Source: Coniocarpon cinnabarinum (Eukaryota). Taken from it: DNA of 64,000 nt. Within the stretch, counting starts at the first letter, position 1. The number at the start of each line of letters is the position of its first letter. Positions 1-13,050 of the stretch are shown in pieces. The translations under genes and the position numbers were made by a program. The notes under the pieces were generated by a model. The model ran no database searches. It was not told the DNA's origin and saw only the letters and a list, made by a program, of their open reading frames with translations. The stretch lies in NCBI GenBank assembly GCA_051942205.1, contig JAVECO010000068.1, positions 1 through 64,000 on the forward strand, given 5' to 3'.

Positions 1-3000
1 ATAAACTAAAAGGTATAATATAGTATTTATAGTTCCTAAGTTAAGTAGCAAAAGTAATAAGATTCTTATTGTCTTCTAATTTTATACGTATCTAGTAAAA
101 TGCCTATCTAATATTAAGCTTTAAGAAGAACTTTGCTTTAGTTAACCTTATTAAGGTTTCCTTAATTAAGGGTAGAGGATATAAGTCTTTCTAGGTTATA
201 TTATTTAACCTATAGTAGTTAACATATAAACAGATACCTCCGCTTAACTTCTTTATAAAGAGAATTAGCGAGCTATACTTAAAAGCGCTAGGTATAATAA
301 AACCTTTAAAGAGGTTTAACTTTATATATTCCTCTATAAGATTAAGTTCTTCTATTAAATATCGTTAGAGAGGTTTAATATAAGGCAAATAGGTTCTAGG
401 TTTTAACCAAATTTTATAATTTTCTATATAATAAGAAGAGATAGTATCTATAGCGTCTTTATTAAATATATCTAAGAATTTATAGAACTCTCCTAGTAAC
501 AATAGTATAGGATTAACGTTCTTGTTCTATTTTTCTTAGTATACTACAATATCTTTTATTAATATAAAGAAAATTATATTTTTCTAATATCCTAATTCTT
601 ATTAGAAGAGGGCTACTCTAACTATTCTTATACTAACTAGATCCTTACTTAGAGGGGATTAGTTAGAAATAAGAGAGGGGATAGTAGCACTTTTAGTTAT
701 AGCGCTATTATTAGTACTTAGTCTCCCTAGTTCCTTAAAGAACTATAACTAATTCTTATCTATTATTATTTAGATGTCTATTAAAGGACTACTATTAGCC
801 TACACTCTACTAGCCTTAGTTTAGACTTCTTTAATAGGTTTAGGGAAAGAAATAACTTAAGGGTTCTTCTATAAAATCTTCTTTAGCATCTACTTACTAT
901 TTTAGGAAAGATTAGGGTTAATTACTAGATTATTTATTAGCTTTGTAGGTTCTATAAGAAGTTTAGTAGTTATATTTATTAAGAGAGGCTAAACTAGCTT
1001 TAACTTATATTAATAAGAGTACTAGAAGCAAACATAGTTATATTAATAATTAGGAAGAGCTTTATAGGTGCTTAACTAAGGTGCTCCTAAGAGAACTTCT
1101 AAACTAGGGATATATCTAATAGAAAATAATACTCTAAAAATAAAGTAATCTTAAACCTAAATTAGAGTAAAGAGGCCCTTTATTAGCGTTTAGCGCCCTT
1201 ACTTATTATAGCTAAAGATTTCTTATTTTTATAGAAGGTTAATAAGATATATTCTAAAGGTACTATAAATCTTTCTAGCAATGTCCTAGTCTATTAATAT
1301 AGGAAGCTTATATCTAGAGTCTACTAGAGCATTTACTTATATTAGTTTTTAGTTTTAGTTGCTAGTAATCTAGATATTTAGACTTATATTATAGTTTTTA
1401 TTATTATAACTACTATTATTAATTATTATTATCTAGACCTTAGTAGGCAGGTTACTCTACTCTATATTAACGGTTTCTAAATTACCTTCTATAGGCCTTA
1501 CTACTAGGACTTTATAGCAGGCTAGAAGTTTTTTAGGTTCGTTAAGGTTAAAGAGAGAGGGGTTGCCTTTAGGCAATTTAACTAGAAATAGCCTTTCTAG
1601 CTATAAAGGTAACATAAAATCTTAGAAAGGGGCGGTTAAGGGCGGAATAGGTTAGTACTTAGATTTAGAGTTAGTTAGTAAGTTACAGGAGTAGAGGTTA
1701 ACGTAGGTAGTTCTATAGGCTTATTAATAGTATCTAAGCTAGGACTAAAAGGAGATAGTTAGAATAAGTTTATATTTACTACTTATATATTTACCTGCTA
1801 TTGCTACTATTATGCTTACTTTAGATTATAGTTAATATATTAGGTCTAGTTAATAAAGTCTTTAAACGATATTAGACAGTAATTTGCTATAGCTGTTTTT
1901 AATTTACCTAATAGCTTACTATATAGGTTGTACAACTAATCTTCTTAAGTTACCCCCGCCTCTATAGCGTACTTATAAAAGAGGGCAATAAACTTGTTCT
2001 AAGGCTTGTTTAATTAGTAGAGGTTAACATAATTATTATAAGCTATATCTTATTAAAACGCGTCGCTATATTAATTATCTAAAATAGTATATATAGTGTC
2101 TAGGGTTACGTTTGCTTAGTTTAGATAGAGTTTAATATATTCTATAGTACTTCTAGTTAATCTAAATATAATATATAATACTTTAGACACGTTTGTTAGA
2201 TACTAATCTTTGTTTATGTCTAATTTAGCTTATATTTGTCGTAACTATAAGTAGAACTCTTTTATAGTCCCTCTACTAAAAGTTGGTATATTAGGCAATT
2301 TAGTTAATAGTCCGCTACCGCTAACTAATTCTATTCTAGGTGTAGTACGTGTTAGTAAGCGCGATTAAGGTTAAGGTTTAGGGTTTTATATTATTTGCTT
2401 TTTTAGCTAATTAAGCTCTTTCTTAATTACCTCTAAGTATTTATAGTCTCTTAAGACTATTCTTAGTATTATTTATATCTATCTAGAGTACTCTTATACT
2501 AGTTAGAGTATATTATTATTAGTTTTAGCGTCTTGTAGGTTATTTTAGAACTTCTAGTAATTATTTATTAAGGTAGAGTCTTAACGATTCTTAGTCGTCT
2601 ATATAGGGTTCGATAACTTTAGCATCCTACTAAAGAGGTTTAAAATTTAGGTTAAACAAGTTTAAATAAGTAACAAAGCCTTTCCTATACAACGTAGGTA
2701 ATTCCGCTTAGTTATAATATAATAGACCTAACGTTCTATTAATTAATTCAGTTCTAGGGTGCTTTTATAAGCTTTTAGTAGGCCTACTAGTAATAGCAAC
2801 AAAGCTAGGAAAGAAAGGTTAGTTATAATAGAAGTACTGTGCACTTAGTAGAGTTTAATACGCCTACTAGTTAGTTGTTCTAGAGCTTTTATAATAATAA
2901 TATAGGAAAGTTAAGAGTAAGAATTATTAACTATATAGGATAATTAATAGAATTGTAAAAGCTATAGAATAACTATCTACTAGAGTAAAGGCTACCTATT

Positions 3001-3210
3001 TGTATTTAGAGCAGGTTATTATGCATAGCAAAGGCGTAGAGCGTTGTATACTGCCTATACCTCTATATTTGTCTTAGTGTCAGGTTTTAATAATTGTTAA
3101 CAAACCTTGTAAAAGGCGCAGCGGCGTAACTAGTTAGGTAATTATATTAATAGCTTCCAAATAGGGAAATGGCAGAGAGGACAAAGGCGCTATAAGGCGG
3201 AGCCGTAACA
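1..3210 (-). mobile_element. RIP-inactivated Ty3/Gypsy LTR retrotransposon, 5' part (LTR-gag-protease-RT), truncated by the window start
   Basis: Minus-strand translation of ~335..1 gives EEYIKLNLFKGFIIPS..SSLILFIKKLSGGICLYVNYYRLNNIT*KDLYPLPLIKETLIRLTKAKFFLKLNIR*AFY*IRI...TFAT*LRNYKYYIIPFSL, a degraded Gypsy RT. Protease motif ALVDSR (DSG with G>A) at 1330-1313. Zinc knuckle CYLYS*KGYF*LNC (CX2CX4HX4C spacing) at 1614-1573. Strong TpA excess and CpA/TpG depletion. The element begins TGTTAC at 3210 on the minus strand. Confidence 0.93.
2718..3210 (-). repeat. Putative 5' LTR of the Gypsy element (inner boundary approximate)
   Basis: Outer end is TGTTACGG on the minus strand (canonical TG start). 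It lies upstream of a probable gag ATG near 2625. The inner boundary is a guess because no second full LTR is in the window. Confidence 0.55.
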
Positions 3211-3309
3211 TATTTAGTAAAAGGTATAATAGGTTAGATAATTATATTAATAGATTCTAAATAGAGAAATAATAGAATAAAAAGGTACTATAAGAATAGA
3301 ACTATAATA
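3211..3309 (-). repeat. Older, more heavily RIP-mutated copy of the LTR terminus
   Basis: 3233-3309 aligns with 3133-3210 almost entirely through C>T and G>A changes (e.g. gccgtaaca vs actataata). Confidence 0.8.
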
Positions 3310-3965
3310 CTTAGTAATATATAAAAAATTATAAAAAGCTAGATATTACTAAATTATCTATATACTAGTATTTTTATTATTAAAAGTATTACTAGCTTAT
3401 AGAGTTTCTTAGATAGCTATATAATATAGTAAAAAGGTTATATAAATAAATTATTTTATTAATATAGCCTCTAATCTTTATATAGTATATAGTACTTTAC
3501 TTACTAAATATTATATATACTAGTTTCTAGAACTAATATTATATAATATACTAAGAATTAGTATTATATAACTAGATTACATAATCTTAAGTTCTAACAA
3601 CTAGTTCTTATATATAGTACTACTATATAGTTTAGATAAGTAATTTATATAGTTTAGCACTATAATTTTATAATACTAAATAATTTATAGTAACTCTTAT
3701 ATACGTTTCTATATATAAAAGTAATATTAATAGTATTATTAATATTAGTTAGTACTTAGATAAGAACAACTAAGAATATATACTACTACTACCTAGGATA
3801 TAAGAATATTATAATAGCTAGAATTATATAAATAACTTATATATATAGAAACGTATATAATAGTTATATTAATATTTTTAAAATTTACTACTATAACTAG
3901 TATATACATATACGTATACTATAGTAATTTTAATTATATTAATGTATATATTAGTAATTACTAAC
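3310..3965. repeat. Extremely AT-rich RIP-degraded repeat relic containing a 27-bp inverted repeat pair (3691-3717 / 3840-3866)
   Basis: TpA-saturated, no ORFs, sharp switch to ~50% GC near 3975. taactcttatatacgtttctatatata is the reverse complement of tatatatagaaacgtatataatagtta with 1 mismatch. Confidence 0.7.
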
Positions 3966-4258
3966 ATTTTTTTTGTATATGGGAGCAATATGCCGGTCAA
4001 AGCCCACAACCAAGGGTTGATAGACGCAGACGCTCACTGGAACCCTATCTCTGCGTTCAGGTTTTGGCCTGCGAAAAAGCAAGTTGGGATGGGGCGAGCT
4101 TGAATCTGGTTGATTGATATGCGCGCAGAAAGTTCTCTATCCGACTCTGCCCTGCTGCTTTTGTGTTAAGCTCGAAGCTGAGAGTGTCCATACTGCTAGA
4201 CTGTAACTTGAATCGTGCTCTGCTGCTGGGTACTGTAATCTCTAACTACAATATCTCG

Positions 4259-6985
4259 CTAAAGGCTTTTTGGCAGAGGGCTCGGTGTTCGACTACTCAA
4301 GCGACCGTACAGACTTTGTTTTCTTTCGGGAACACGTGGAACCAGTCGCCATCCAGCGGCTTCATTGCCAAGCTTGACAAAAGTTCTTTTTGCCGCCAGT
4401 CTCATTTCATGAATGGAGGCTAATGCGCCCCACTCATCTCGGTCATCAAGACCATGGTAGACAAGAGCTGCCTGACTTGAACGCCAAACCATGTCATGCG
4501 ACATTGTCTCTCGCACCTTCCACGCAGTCCACAAGAGGAAACCGCAGCTCGCGACCACAAGTATCGTGGGCAGGGCAAGCCAGATCCACGCAATACGAAC
4601 AAATGTCTGCGGCGACAGCGTGTATCCAGTGTCGCTGCTTTGTCGCGCGTCATGCATACGAATGTGATTCGTCAGCGCATTGGCAAAACCCGTGAACAGA
4701 GTATTCATAGAGTCCACAGACACGTTGCCATCCCCAAGTATGTTCGCAAGCTGCGGTGAGTTTCCCCAGTTTATCCTTGCCGAACTCAGGAGCGACTGAT
4801 TTACAAAGCTCGGGTCTATATGGTGAAAGCTTGGCGCATTGATTACATATTTGGACTGAATATTGTCGAAATCTGCGGTGCCATTGAAAAACCGGGGCAG
4901 CTGCTCCATTAGTGTTTCATTCAGGAGGGACGATGTTGAGTAGGAGCACCGCAGAAATACGGTCTCGTTTGCAACCAGCGCCTGCACATCGGAAAAATTT
5001 GCTGGGATTCTGGGATCTTCTGCCTGCACATGCAGAAATGAGCTGATGTCGTGGACTGTTCCATTGATAGCACACGTAGTTGGTATGTTGACGTGGTTCC
5101 CTGGATCTCCAGATGCAGACTGACTTGCAGATTGATTCAGGGCCCTTATAGTCCGCGTTTGATCAATTACATTCTCTTGCAAATCACCGTGCACGACGGA
5201 ACCTGAGTAGACCTTATTACAGAGTGACAACGTACATAGCGTTGCTGTAATGTTGGGCCAACTGCCAAGACCAGAGGGAGATACGTCTTCTCCCAGTGCT
5301 ATGTTGCGATCAGGCAGACTTGCAACGGTGGGTGCCCACAAACCACGCTCTGGGTACAGCAAGTAAGGGCTAAGACAGTCTGTGGATGACTTCAAGGACT
5401 TGTCTGCCATCCATTTAAAGGCTAGGGATTCAGTTTAAACAGAAGTATTACGATGGGGGTCCCATCCCTACTTACTGCAATTGCTGTGTCGGGTCTGTGA
5501 GATAGACCAAATTCCCAGCAGAGGCTGAGAGACCTCGGAGACGAGAACGCCCGCAGGGGCGTCATCCCTGTTTTCAAGATGATCGCGATCGCTCACCAAG
5601 TCCCAAGACGTCAGATTGATACTGTTGAATGGGACTAGCCAAGTACCATTGCTGCCACTCCGATATGAGCCTAGAGTACCCATCACTGTGGTCACTGGGG
5701 TCGTTTCCTGTGACACGACAATCGATCCTTGAGTAAGTATAAGTCCATTAGGCAGGGATAAATTTAATCTTAAGGATGTATACTCGCGCCCATCGATGGG
5801 ATTCTTCAGCGTATGATTCGAGAATGACGTTTGCAGCAAAGGTGTGATGTTCGAACATGCACTGCAAAAGCCCAAGGATGTGTACAGCCCCGGGAAAGTA
5901 CAGTTGCCAGAAGAGCAAGTGGGATTCACAGCCGTGGTAGGGCCGCCCCAATTCAGCATACCATCGTATGCAGCTCCCATTCTAAAATAGAATGTTAGAC
6001 CCAGACCTTCGGCCTCTCGTTTTGTATGAACCTACAAAGATGCATCCGAAAGTGCATTTCTGCCTGGATCTATGCCCACGTAGTTACGCGAGATCGGAAT
6101 CGTAGCGCGTACATTCGGATCTATTTGACTGTCCTATAAATCAATGTGTGAGCATTGAGAGATCGTTCAAGAGTGCACGACGAGCCTGGGAGGCCTGGGG
6201 ATCCAAAGCCGAGGTGCATGCGGAGGATGATAATCAATTAGAGTCTCGATAAAACTCATTGGGTGAATAATAAGCTTACCTCGTAGTATTGCACGGTTTG
6301 CTGGATGGTGGGGTCAAACCCCCAAGCGACGACCGTGATCAAGGCTCCCAACGCAGCGATATGTCTTGTATGAATCATACATTAGCAACGGGAGTGTCGT
6401 GTCATCGAGAAATTCCCCTTACCTCATCTTGAGAAAGCAGATCAGAGCTATAGACCCTTTGATTCCCCGACTTGCCTCATCGAAGAGCTCGATATCCGCC
6501 AAAGGCCTGAAGTTCTGGAACCATAGCCATTTGAGTTGGCCAATGCCTGGCACAGTCGTTAGCGTGGGTTCTCTTGAATGCATAATCATCAGTGAGGGGC
6601 TGTTACATTCTGCTACAGGAATGAGCATTGCGGCCTTGAGCACAGTACTCAATATCGATACGACCGCGTTCAACGACAGTCCCAGTGGCCATCTTGGGCG
6701 TGGTTTGCCATTGAAGCGATTCAGGATACAATAAATTACCATAGTAATTACCACAGCGGACACGGCAGCGATAGTCTCCTTTCTCCATTGGCATAGATGG
6801 GCTCGTTTTGATCTTGCATCAGACCTTGACTTCCTGTACGAAGAAAATTTTGTACATGACAAAGATCTGTGCCTTTCTCCCACATTGTGCTCTACTAACT
6901 CACACTGCCCCAGTTCACGCTGGCGCGAATTAGCGTCGACGCTAGCCGCGTTCTTCAGTGGGTCACCGTCACTTCGATCAGTCAT
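4259..6985 (-). CDS. DUF3176-family fungal membrane protein (about 6 exons)
   Basis: LNAVVSILSTVLKAAMLIPVAEC/IGQLKWLWF..RPLADIELFDEASRG motif, CSSGNCTF..Y.SLGFCSAC, and C-terminal FVRIAWIWLALP TM segment. GT-AG introns join ORFs 6419-6985, 5468-5980 and 4259-5410. Confidence 0.85.
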
Positions 6986-8511
6986 CTTCCTGTCGCCAGT
7001 TGTTTAGCCCTGGTGACCTCACTAGTCAACTTTGTGAAGCGGCCTTCAAATCATCATCGCACGCTCAATCTCAAGGATTCTCGCTGGACTTCAACCAGCA
7101 GCCATTGAGACAACATCTTCGTACAGTCACTAGGGAGATTCGTATGAATTATATTTTGGGATGAGAAGGGAGCGAAGGGAGCAGGGAGGCATATGGCTGC
7201 CTTGAGATCCTGCACTGATGTCGTTCCTGCGCAAATGGCAGTGTTGGCAATCAGGCACATACCTATCAGGGCTGCAACCATCACGCTGCTTCTAGATTTG
7301 GCAATTGGTGGCAGTGGCTCAGACGAGGCAAGAATCCTTCGTGTTACAGCCTTGCCCTCATACGAGATCAAATGACCACGTTTTGGCCTTCGCAAAGACT
7401 ATTGGTGGCTTGATGTTAGATATCGGAGTCTAGAAGCTGTGCGTTATCAATGTAACAAGGCAACTTTGTGAGACTTGTGATCCTCAAAAGCAGGCTTGTT
7501 CAGTGCTGACGGAACTTGCCATCAAATGGTCGCCGTCTGTGATGTTCTTGGCGCCAGCGTATGCGACTTTTGCGATCCGGCTTGGGTAGGGTCCCCTGAG
7601 AGGACTCTTTTGGCCAGCGCCTCCATTTTATCCTCGTCGTACGGCGATCTCAGACCAACGATGCAGACGCTGCCCGCTCATTGATTTGCGTAAGCTCGCA
7701 GAGATCTTTGCATGATCTAGTCTGCTCGTGGCTGAAGCTGGAGGGTCGTGGGGCGAAGACCGCCATACTACAGCGTTTGCGCTTGCAACTCCGACCGTGG
7801 ATCCTGAAGCCAACAATATGTTAGGGCTTGGGCCAAATCGACATTTTGCAGTGTACACTCGACTAGCTGCCGGACCACGTCGAGGCTTTAGCGACCCTTC
7901 TAGTATTGTATTTCCAGATTGATGCTCGGCGTGCTACTCGGTCACGTAGTACGTCCAGAGGGAGCATACAGCATGGAGTCGGGTGTAGGCAAAGTCAGTC
8001 GGCGAAGCCAGGCTCAGACGGAGGCTGCAATAGCGGCGTCCGAGGATACCGGAGGCATGTAGAACGATCGCTTGTATCGGTGTTGTCTCAGTTCGAGACT
8101 CTCGCAAGGGCTTCATAGGAGAGCACTTGCCACACTTTTATTCAGCGTTTTCTAAGTCGCAAAGGGCTTCCGCTGTTTACTCATGGCTTTGTGACCCGTA
8201 TTGTTTATTTTGTATAGGCTCGTCGCCTAGACTGAAATCCTGCAACGATTTTTGTCACCCTTGCTGAGCCTTGCATCGTGTGCGCTGATGCAAGGGATGC
8301 CCAATGGGATACGCAGATAAACAGAGGTGATGAGAGTGACTTGCAGCATGATCTTGTAGCAACGGGCCAATCCATGGGAGCGCACATTTGCCTGCCGCAT
8401 TCTATGCCAGATGCTGTTTCACGGGTCGAAGTGGAAAACAAGGCAGAGACTTGATTCACACCACCACAAGGCTTTGGCAACGTTACTTTCCAAGTGAGAT
8501 CAAACTGATCC

Positions 8512-9792
8512 TCAGATTCTGTACGCTTCCTCCGTGCGAGGATGCTCCAGTCCCAAAGCACGCGATCGATCTTCCGACCACATGTTCCGTACATGACGCT
8601 GGTCTTGTAGCTCGACGGTCACATCGGTTGTCTTTGTGATCGCTGGTGGATGATTAAACATTTCCACTGATGTTGTATCGCTTGTGTTTCTTTTCGTGAA
8701 TTTGCTCTTGAGCGTCGCAAGCTTGCTCGAGGTCTGACTTGAGTCGCCGACAATGCGATTGAAGGTCTGATGCTCGTGATAATGGTTATTGAGCTGATGC
8801 ATTGCAGGTAGGCTGGCGATGATGATGAGGCCGTAAACCTCGGCGCCGATCCAGTAAGTGAGGGGGACAAGGTCATCTGCAACATCCGTTTAGTGCTAAA
8901 AAAACGCAGTATTGCAAAATAGGAGGCGTACAGGTTTTGTCTGAGGATGCAAAGTCGAGAGAGGTGATGGCACCTATGCTGCAAGCGGCGGTCAGGAGAC
9001 CGCCTGCGAGAAGTAGACATATGGCGAGCTTCCTCCGTAGGCTCATCTGTGCGCGGCGCAGGATGAAGAAGGGGAGGATCGCATACATGAAGTCGATGAC
9101 ACAGTTGAGTGCTGGGTAACGTTAGTGGTCCATGTTGACACACGGTAGCAAGCAGCTCAAGGCTGAGAAGGGGGAGGTGGGTGGACCTTACAGTAAAAGG
9201 CTTTCTGAGCTTTGTCCAGATCCCCGTAAGTCATACACCATCCTCTTACCGATGGATTCCACTGCTTGTCAATGGGCACACAAATGATTGCGAACACGAT
9301 TGTGGTGCCAATCCAGCATGCTGTGTTCAAAGCGAGGCCGACATATAAATACCACGTCCACCGGCGAATCATTTTCACCAGTCGCAGAAGGAAGATGCAT
9401 ACAGAAGTCCTTGACGTAAATCTGGAAGCAGCCGAGAAGAGATTGGAGGCAAGATTCGTTTGGACGACAACCGTATATTCTCTAAGGGACAAGGTGGCAG
9501 TGTGGCGACCATAGCCACCGACGTAGATTTGAACGAGGGTAACGAGGAACCAGGCGAGCGCAAATATCTACATGGAGTGGTAAGCCCGCGTCGGTGAAGG
9601 TTAAAGCCATGGTCTGGGACATACCAAGGAGGGTAGGATGAAGTAGTCATCCCATCCAGCGGATGACTTGACCCACATGCGCGTATGCAGCCGGATACCG
9701 ACAACCAAGACGCTTACTGCGCTGAAGACGCTGAGCGCGATGGGCACTCCGGGAACCGCTCGATTCTCCATGTCTGAGGGCGAGGACGACAT
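8512..9792 (-). CDS. PTH11-like / fungal rhodopsin-domain integral membrane protein (4 exons, no CFEM domain)
   Basis: GIRLHTR..GWDDYFIL, GYGRH, CVPIDKQWNP..GWC, IDFMYAILP and IIIASLPAM motifs. Three GT-AG introns splice in frame. Confidence 0.88.
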
Positions 9793-10890
9793 CTTCCAAA
9801 GGGGTCTGGACGGCTCGGAGCGCGACGTGTGCTTCACGGGTGGTGTAGGTCCTCGACAGACAACATTGGAACACGGCGGGTGGGTTGAAGTGTGCTCATA
9901 TCAGTCCATCACAGAACGACCGACAACTGAGGCGGCAGACGGCCGTGTGATAGACCATGAGGAGTTCTGCAGGTGGACGTGGGGGCCCATGCTGTACGCT
10001 GCAAACGTAGCAGATTTGGCGAAAAGAAGGTCATGAATCGCTAGTCTTGTGCTATGGAGACGCCAGCTCGGTAAAGAGTAAGGGGCTGCGCTGAGCGTCG
10101 AGAATTAGCGAAAGCGCACTTGCCAGCATGACGTAGATGAAGTATAAAGATCGCCACGCTGCTCCAATCATGCATCGATGCGGCGCAACCAGATACGCAT
10201 TGATCGTGGGGTATGTTGGTTCGCGGGTCCGTGCGCGCTGGTGACCGTGCGACGGACCGCGTACCGGTACCATCTCCTCGATGTATGGACGACTAGCGGC
10301 ACGACCATGCTGCCGGGTCGCAGTCATTGCAGTTGTATTCAGTTCTGTACATGGAAGACGGCGCAGTACAGGACACAGGCTGTACTGAGACCATCGCGCG
10401 TCGGAAGAGTCCCGTGAAAGAGTTCATAATCCTCACGACTTATCAGAGCAGACGCGTCTTCTCTGGACTCCATTATGCAACAGGACTCGGTAAGTCTCCC
10501 TCAGGTGGCCAGATACGCAGCGCTCTATTCAGAGACTTTGTCGGAAGGGATAGGAGAGCAACCACTGGTTGACGAGTTGTAGTCCACCATCAAGCACTTT
10601 GAATATTTGTGAAGACTCTGCCCCTGTGGCTGCTTCTTAAACATTCCGTCACCTTTACCAACGTGGGCAATTCATCACTGAGAACACCAACCAAAAAAAC
10701 GGTCGAGCTCTATCAAAATGTGATACACCGCGGGCTTCCCTGAGCTACACTGGCCGAGAGACTGTTATCGACGAAAAAGGGCGGCGATAGGTCCTAGCAC
10801 GCTCGATCAATAGCATGCTTTGCACCCACATTTCGATGCTGTCGTCAGACGATCTACGTCCTATGGGGAACCATTCAGCATCGACCTAGT

Positions 10891-11709
10891 TCATCGAACA
10901 GTGCTCCTCTCATGCTTCAGCCACGCTCTCTCCAGTACAGCAATGATCTCGGCCGGTGGACTTAGCTGGGGGCTGTGATCTGTTTCAAGGTATTCCTCGA
11001 CCAAATCGCAAATGCCAATCAACTCTTTGGCTCGTTGAACACATCGCTCCTGGGTGCTCAACTTGATTGACCTATCGTTCTTGCCATACACGTATGTGGT
11101 CGGAATAGTCCTGTACGGCGCCCGAGTTGACGGCTCCATGGCAGCCGCCATCGGCCAGACCGGAAGCTTCGACGCCCATTCCTCTGCTTCAGCAGGCGCC
11201 AGCGAATTGAAGCTTGCTTTGGCAGCACCGATGTTCTTACTGGTTCCGTCATCATAATGTACGAGCTCCATGTCTTCACTAGCTACCTCTCTCGAGTCAG
11301 TCCCGCCTAAGATATGCTTTTGAGCGTCGACGATATTCTCTCCCGGGATCATTATGAAAGCAGACATGTACACCAGACGAGCAATGCCTCCGGGCAATCC
11401 AGCTAGCGATCTCTGAAAGGAGGAAAGATCCTCGACTGCCGCCTCACCTCCGACCACGCCACCGTAGGAGTGCATCAGTATGAATACTGGATATCCATTT
11501 TCAATTAGACTACAGACGGCCTCACGAATAGTACGTACGTCATCATCACGTGTAGAAGTTGGAGGTCGTGCGTTGTTACAAGTGGGTAAGAGTGGGCAGC
11601 GTACTTCCCAGCCGTGAGTGAAGAGGCAGTTCATGAATGAGGCGTAAAGCTCAGGCGTCGCCCATGCGCCATGGACGATAACTACTCCACGGTTAGTCCT
11701 TCGATCCAT
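10891..11709 (-). CDS. Alpha/beta hydrolase (Abhydrolase_6, methylesterase-like)
   Basis: Single 272-aa ORF with VHGAW oxyanion motif, MHSYGG nucleophile elbow and C-terminal DHSP catalytic His. Confidence 0.9.
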   Translation of the reverse strand: MDRRTNRGVVIVHGAWATPELYASFMNCLFTHGWEVRCPLLPTCNNARPPTSTRDDDVRTIREAVCSLIENGYPVFILMHSYGGVVGGEAAVEDLSSFQRSLAGLPGGIARLVYMSAFIMIPGENIVDAQKHILGGTDSREVASEDMELVHYDDGTSKNIGAAKASFNSLAPAEAEEWASKLPVWPMAAAMEPSTRAPYRTIPTTYVYGKNDRSIKLSTQERCVQRAKELIGICDLVEEYLETDHSPQLSPPAEIIAVLERAWLKHERSTVR

Positions 11710-13050
11710 AGTGTTTTTGCGCGTCGCCTCAACGATTTTGTGGACGAGATATGATATAATTGAGCAAACGCCTATGCTGTCTGTTGGCTATCTACCCCTA
11801 CAGGTCAAAGGCAGGTCCTGGAGTCTTTTGCCACATTGTACTCATATTACGGCCTAAGTGATACATGGTTGTGTGATGGATTACCGACAACATGATTACT
11901 TGCTCAACCCCTATCCGCGTGTGGGGGCAGATGCATGAGTAGTGATCGGAGGCACTGAATATCTTTGCCAAGGCTGGCCCTCGCGATTTGCTTGTACACG
12001 GTACTTGCCTTTGCGTGACGGTGCAAGCACGGGACAAATCGTCGATCGCATCGCCGCTACACGCGTCAGAGGAATACACAAGCCTACTCATTTTCAGCGT
12101 CCACATGTCTCTCATCCGCGACGCGTGCATTGTGGCAGTACCTCACACTCATGACTGATGCAAGCGCAGACAGCCGGCGCGTGTCCGTCTTTGCACGCTT
12201 CAAGTTGTGCTGAGAGTAGGCCTACATAAGATTACGTCGATACTGCAATCCGTTTTGTTTGGACTAGCTGCTGTTTCTCCAGGTCAAATGCGGACTGCGA
12301 GCTCCCATCGGAGGGCCGAATCAAATACTTTCTGATTCTGAATACTAACGCCACGCCTCAGCGCACGCTGTCGTGGCCAGACTGGACTTTGGGCTGCATG
12401 CATTCTTAGCTATGGGCAAGCCTTCAACGGCGCTATGGCGCTTGCGCTCAAACTGAACGAGGTCTTGGTTGCCTGGCCCCCAGTGTGGTCCAGACTGAGT
12501 TAATACAAACTGAATCTAGAAACACGTATCACGATCGGCAGATGATAGAACCTCGCAGCATCCGAGACAGCAAAGTAGCTTGGCGGCTGCCTTTTTACAG
12601 ATCGCAGAGTGTTTGAAGCGCGTATCACAAAGTAAGCTTCGGAGCGAGTCACGTGTCGTGTGGTCCAGATCCTTACAAACATAAGGGCTTATTGCTGGTC
12701 CGTCGATCCATCAATATGTCCTCGCTTGTGCGGCGATCTTGGATCCCATCGCGCTCGTAGCAACACGAGCTCCGACATGTCACGTGTTCTTCGTGTGGCA
12801 TAGGTACCTCGCAAATAATTAATCACGCACTGACCAAGCCCGCTTGCCCTCTGACGTAGCTGCAGATGACGTCGCTGTCGAGAAGACGGACATTTGGAAG
12901 TCCAGCAAGGGCTTTGGAGCCATTGTCTTGACTGTTTGAGAGCTGCATGGCTGGTTTATCACCTGTCTAGATCCATTGGCAGCGTGGCAAGTCTCGCCCT
13001 CAGATGCCGATCAAAATCCCTGCCTCCAATCGAATTCTGAGCTACTCAAC

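Noticed and set aside
2360..2390. taaggttaaggtttagggtttt, telomere-like repeats
   Set aside because: It lies inside the RIP-mutated gag region, is degenerate and is not a terminal array.
7054..8200. Short overlapping ORFs between the DUF3176 and PTH11-like genes
   Set aside because: No motifs or coherent gene model. Treated as intergenic.
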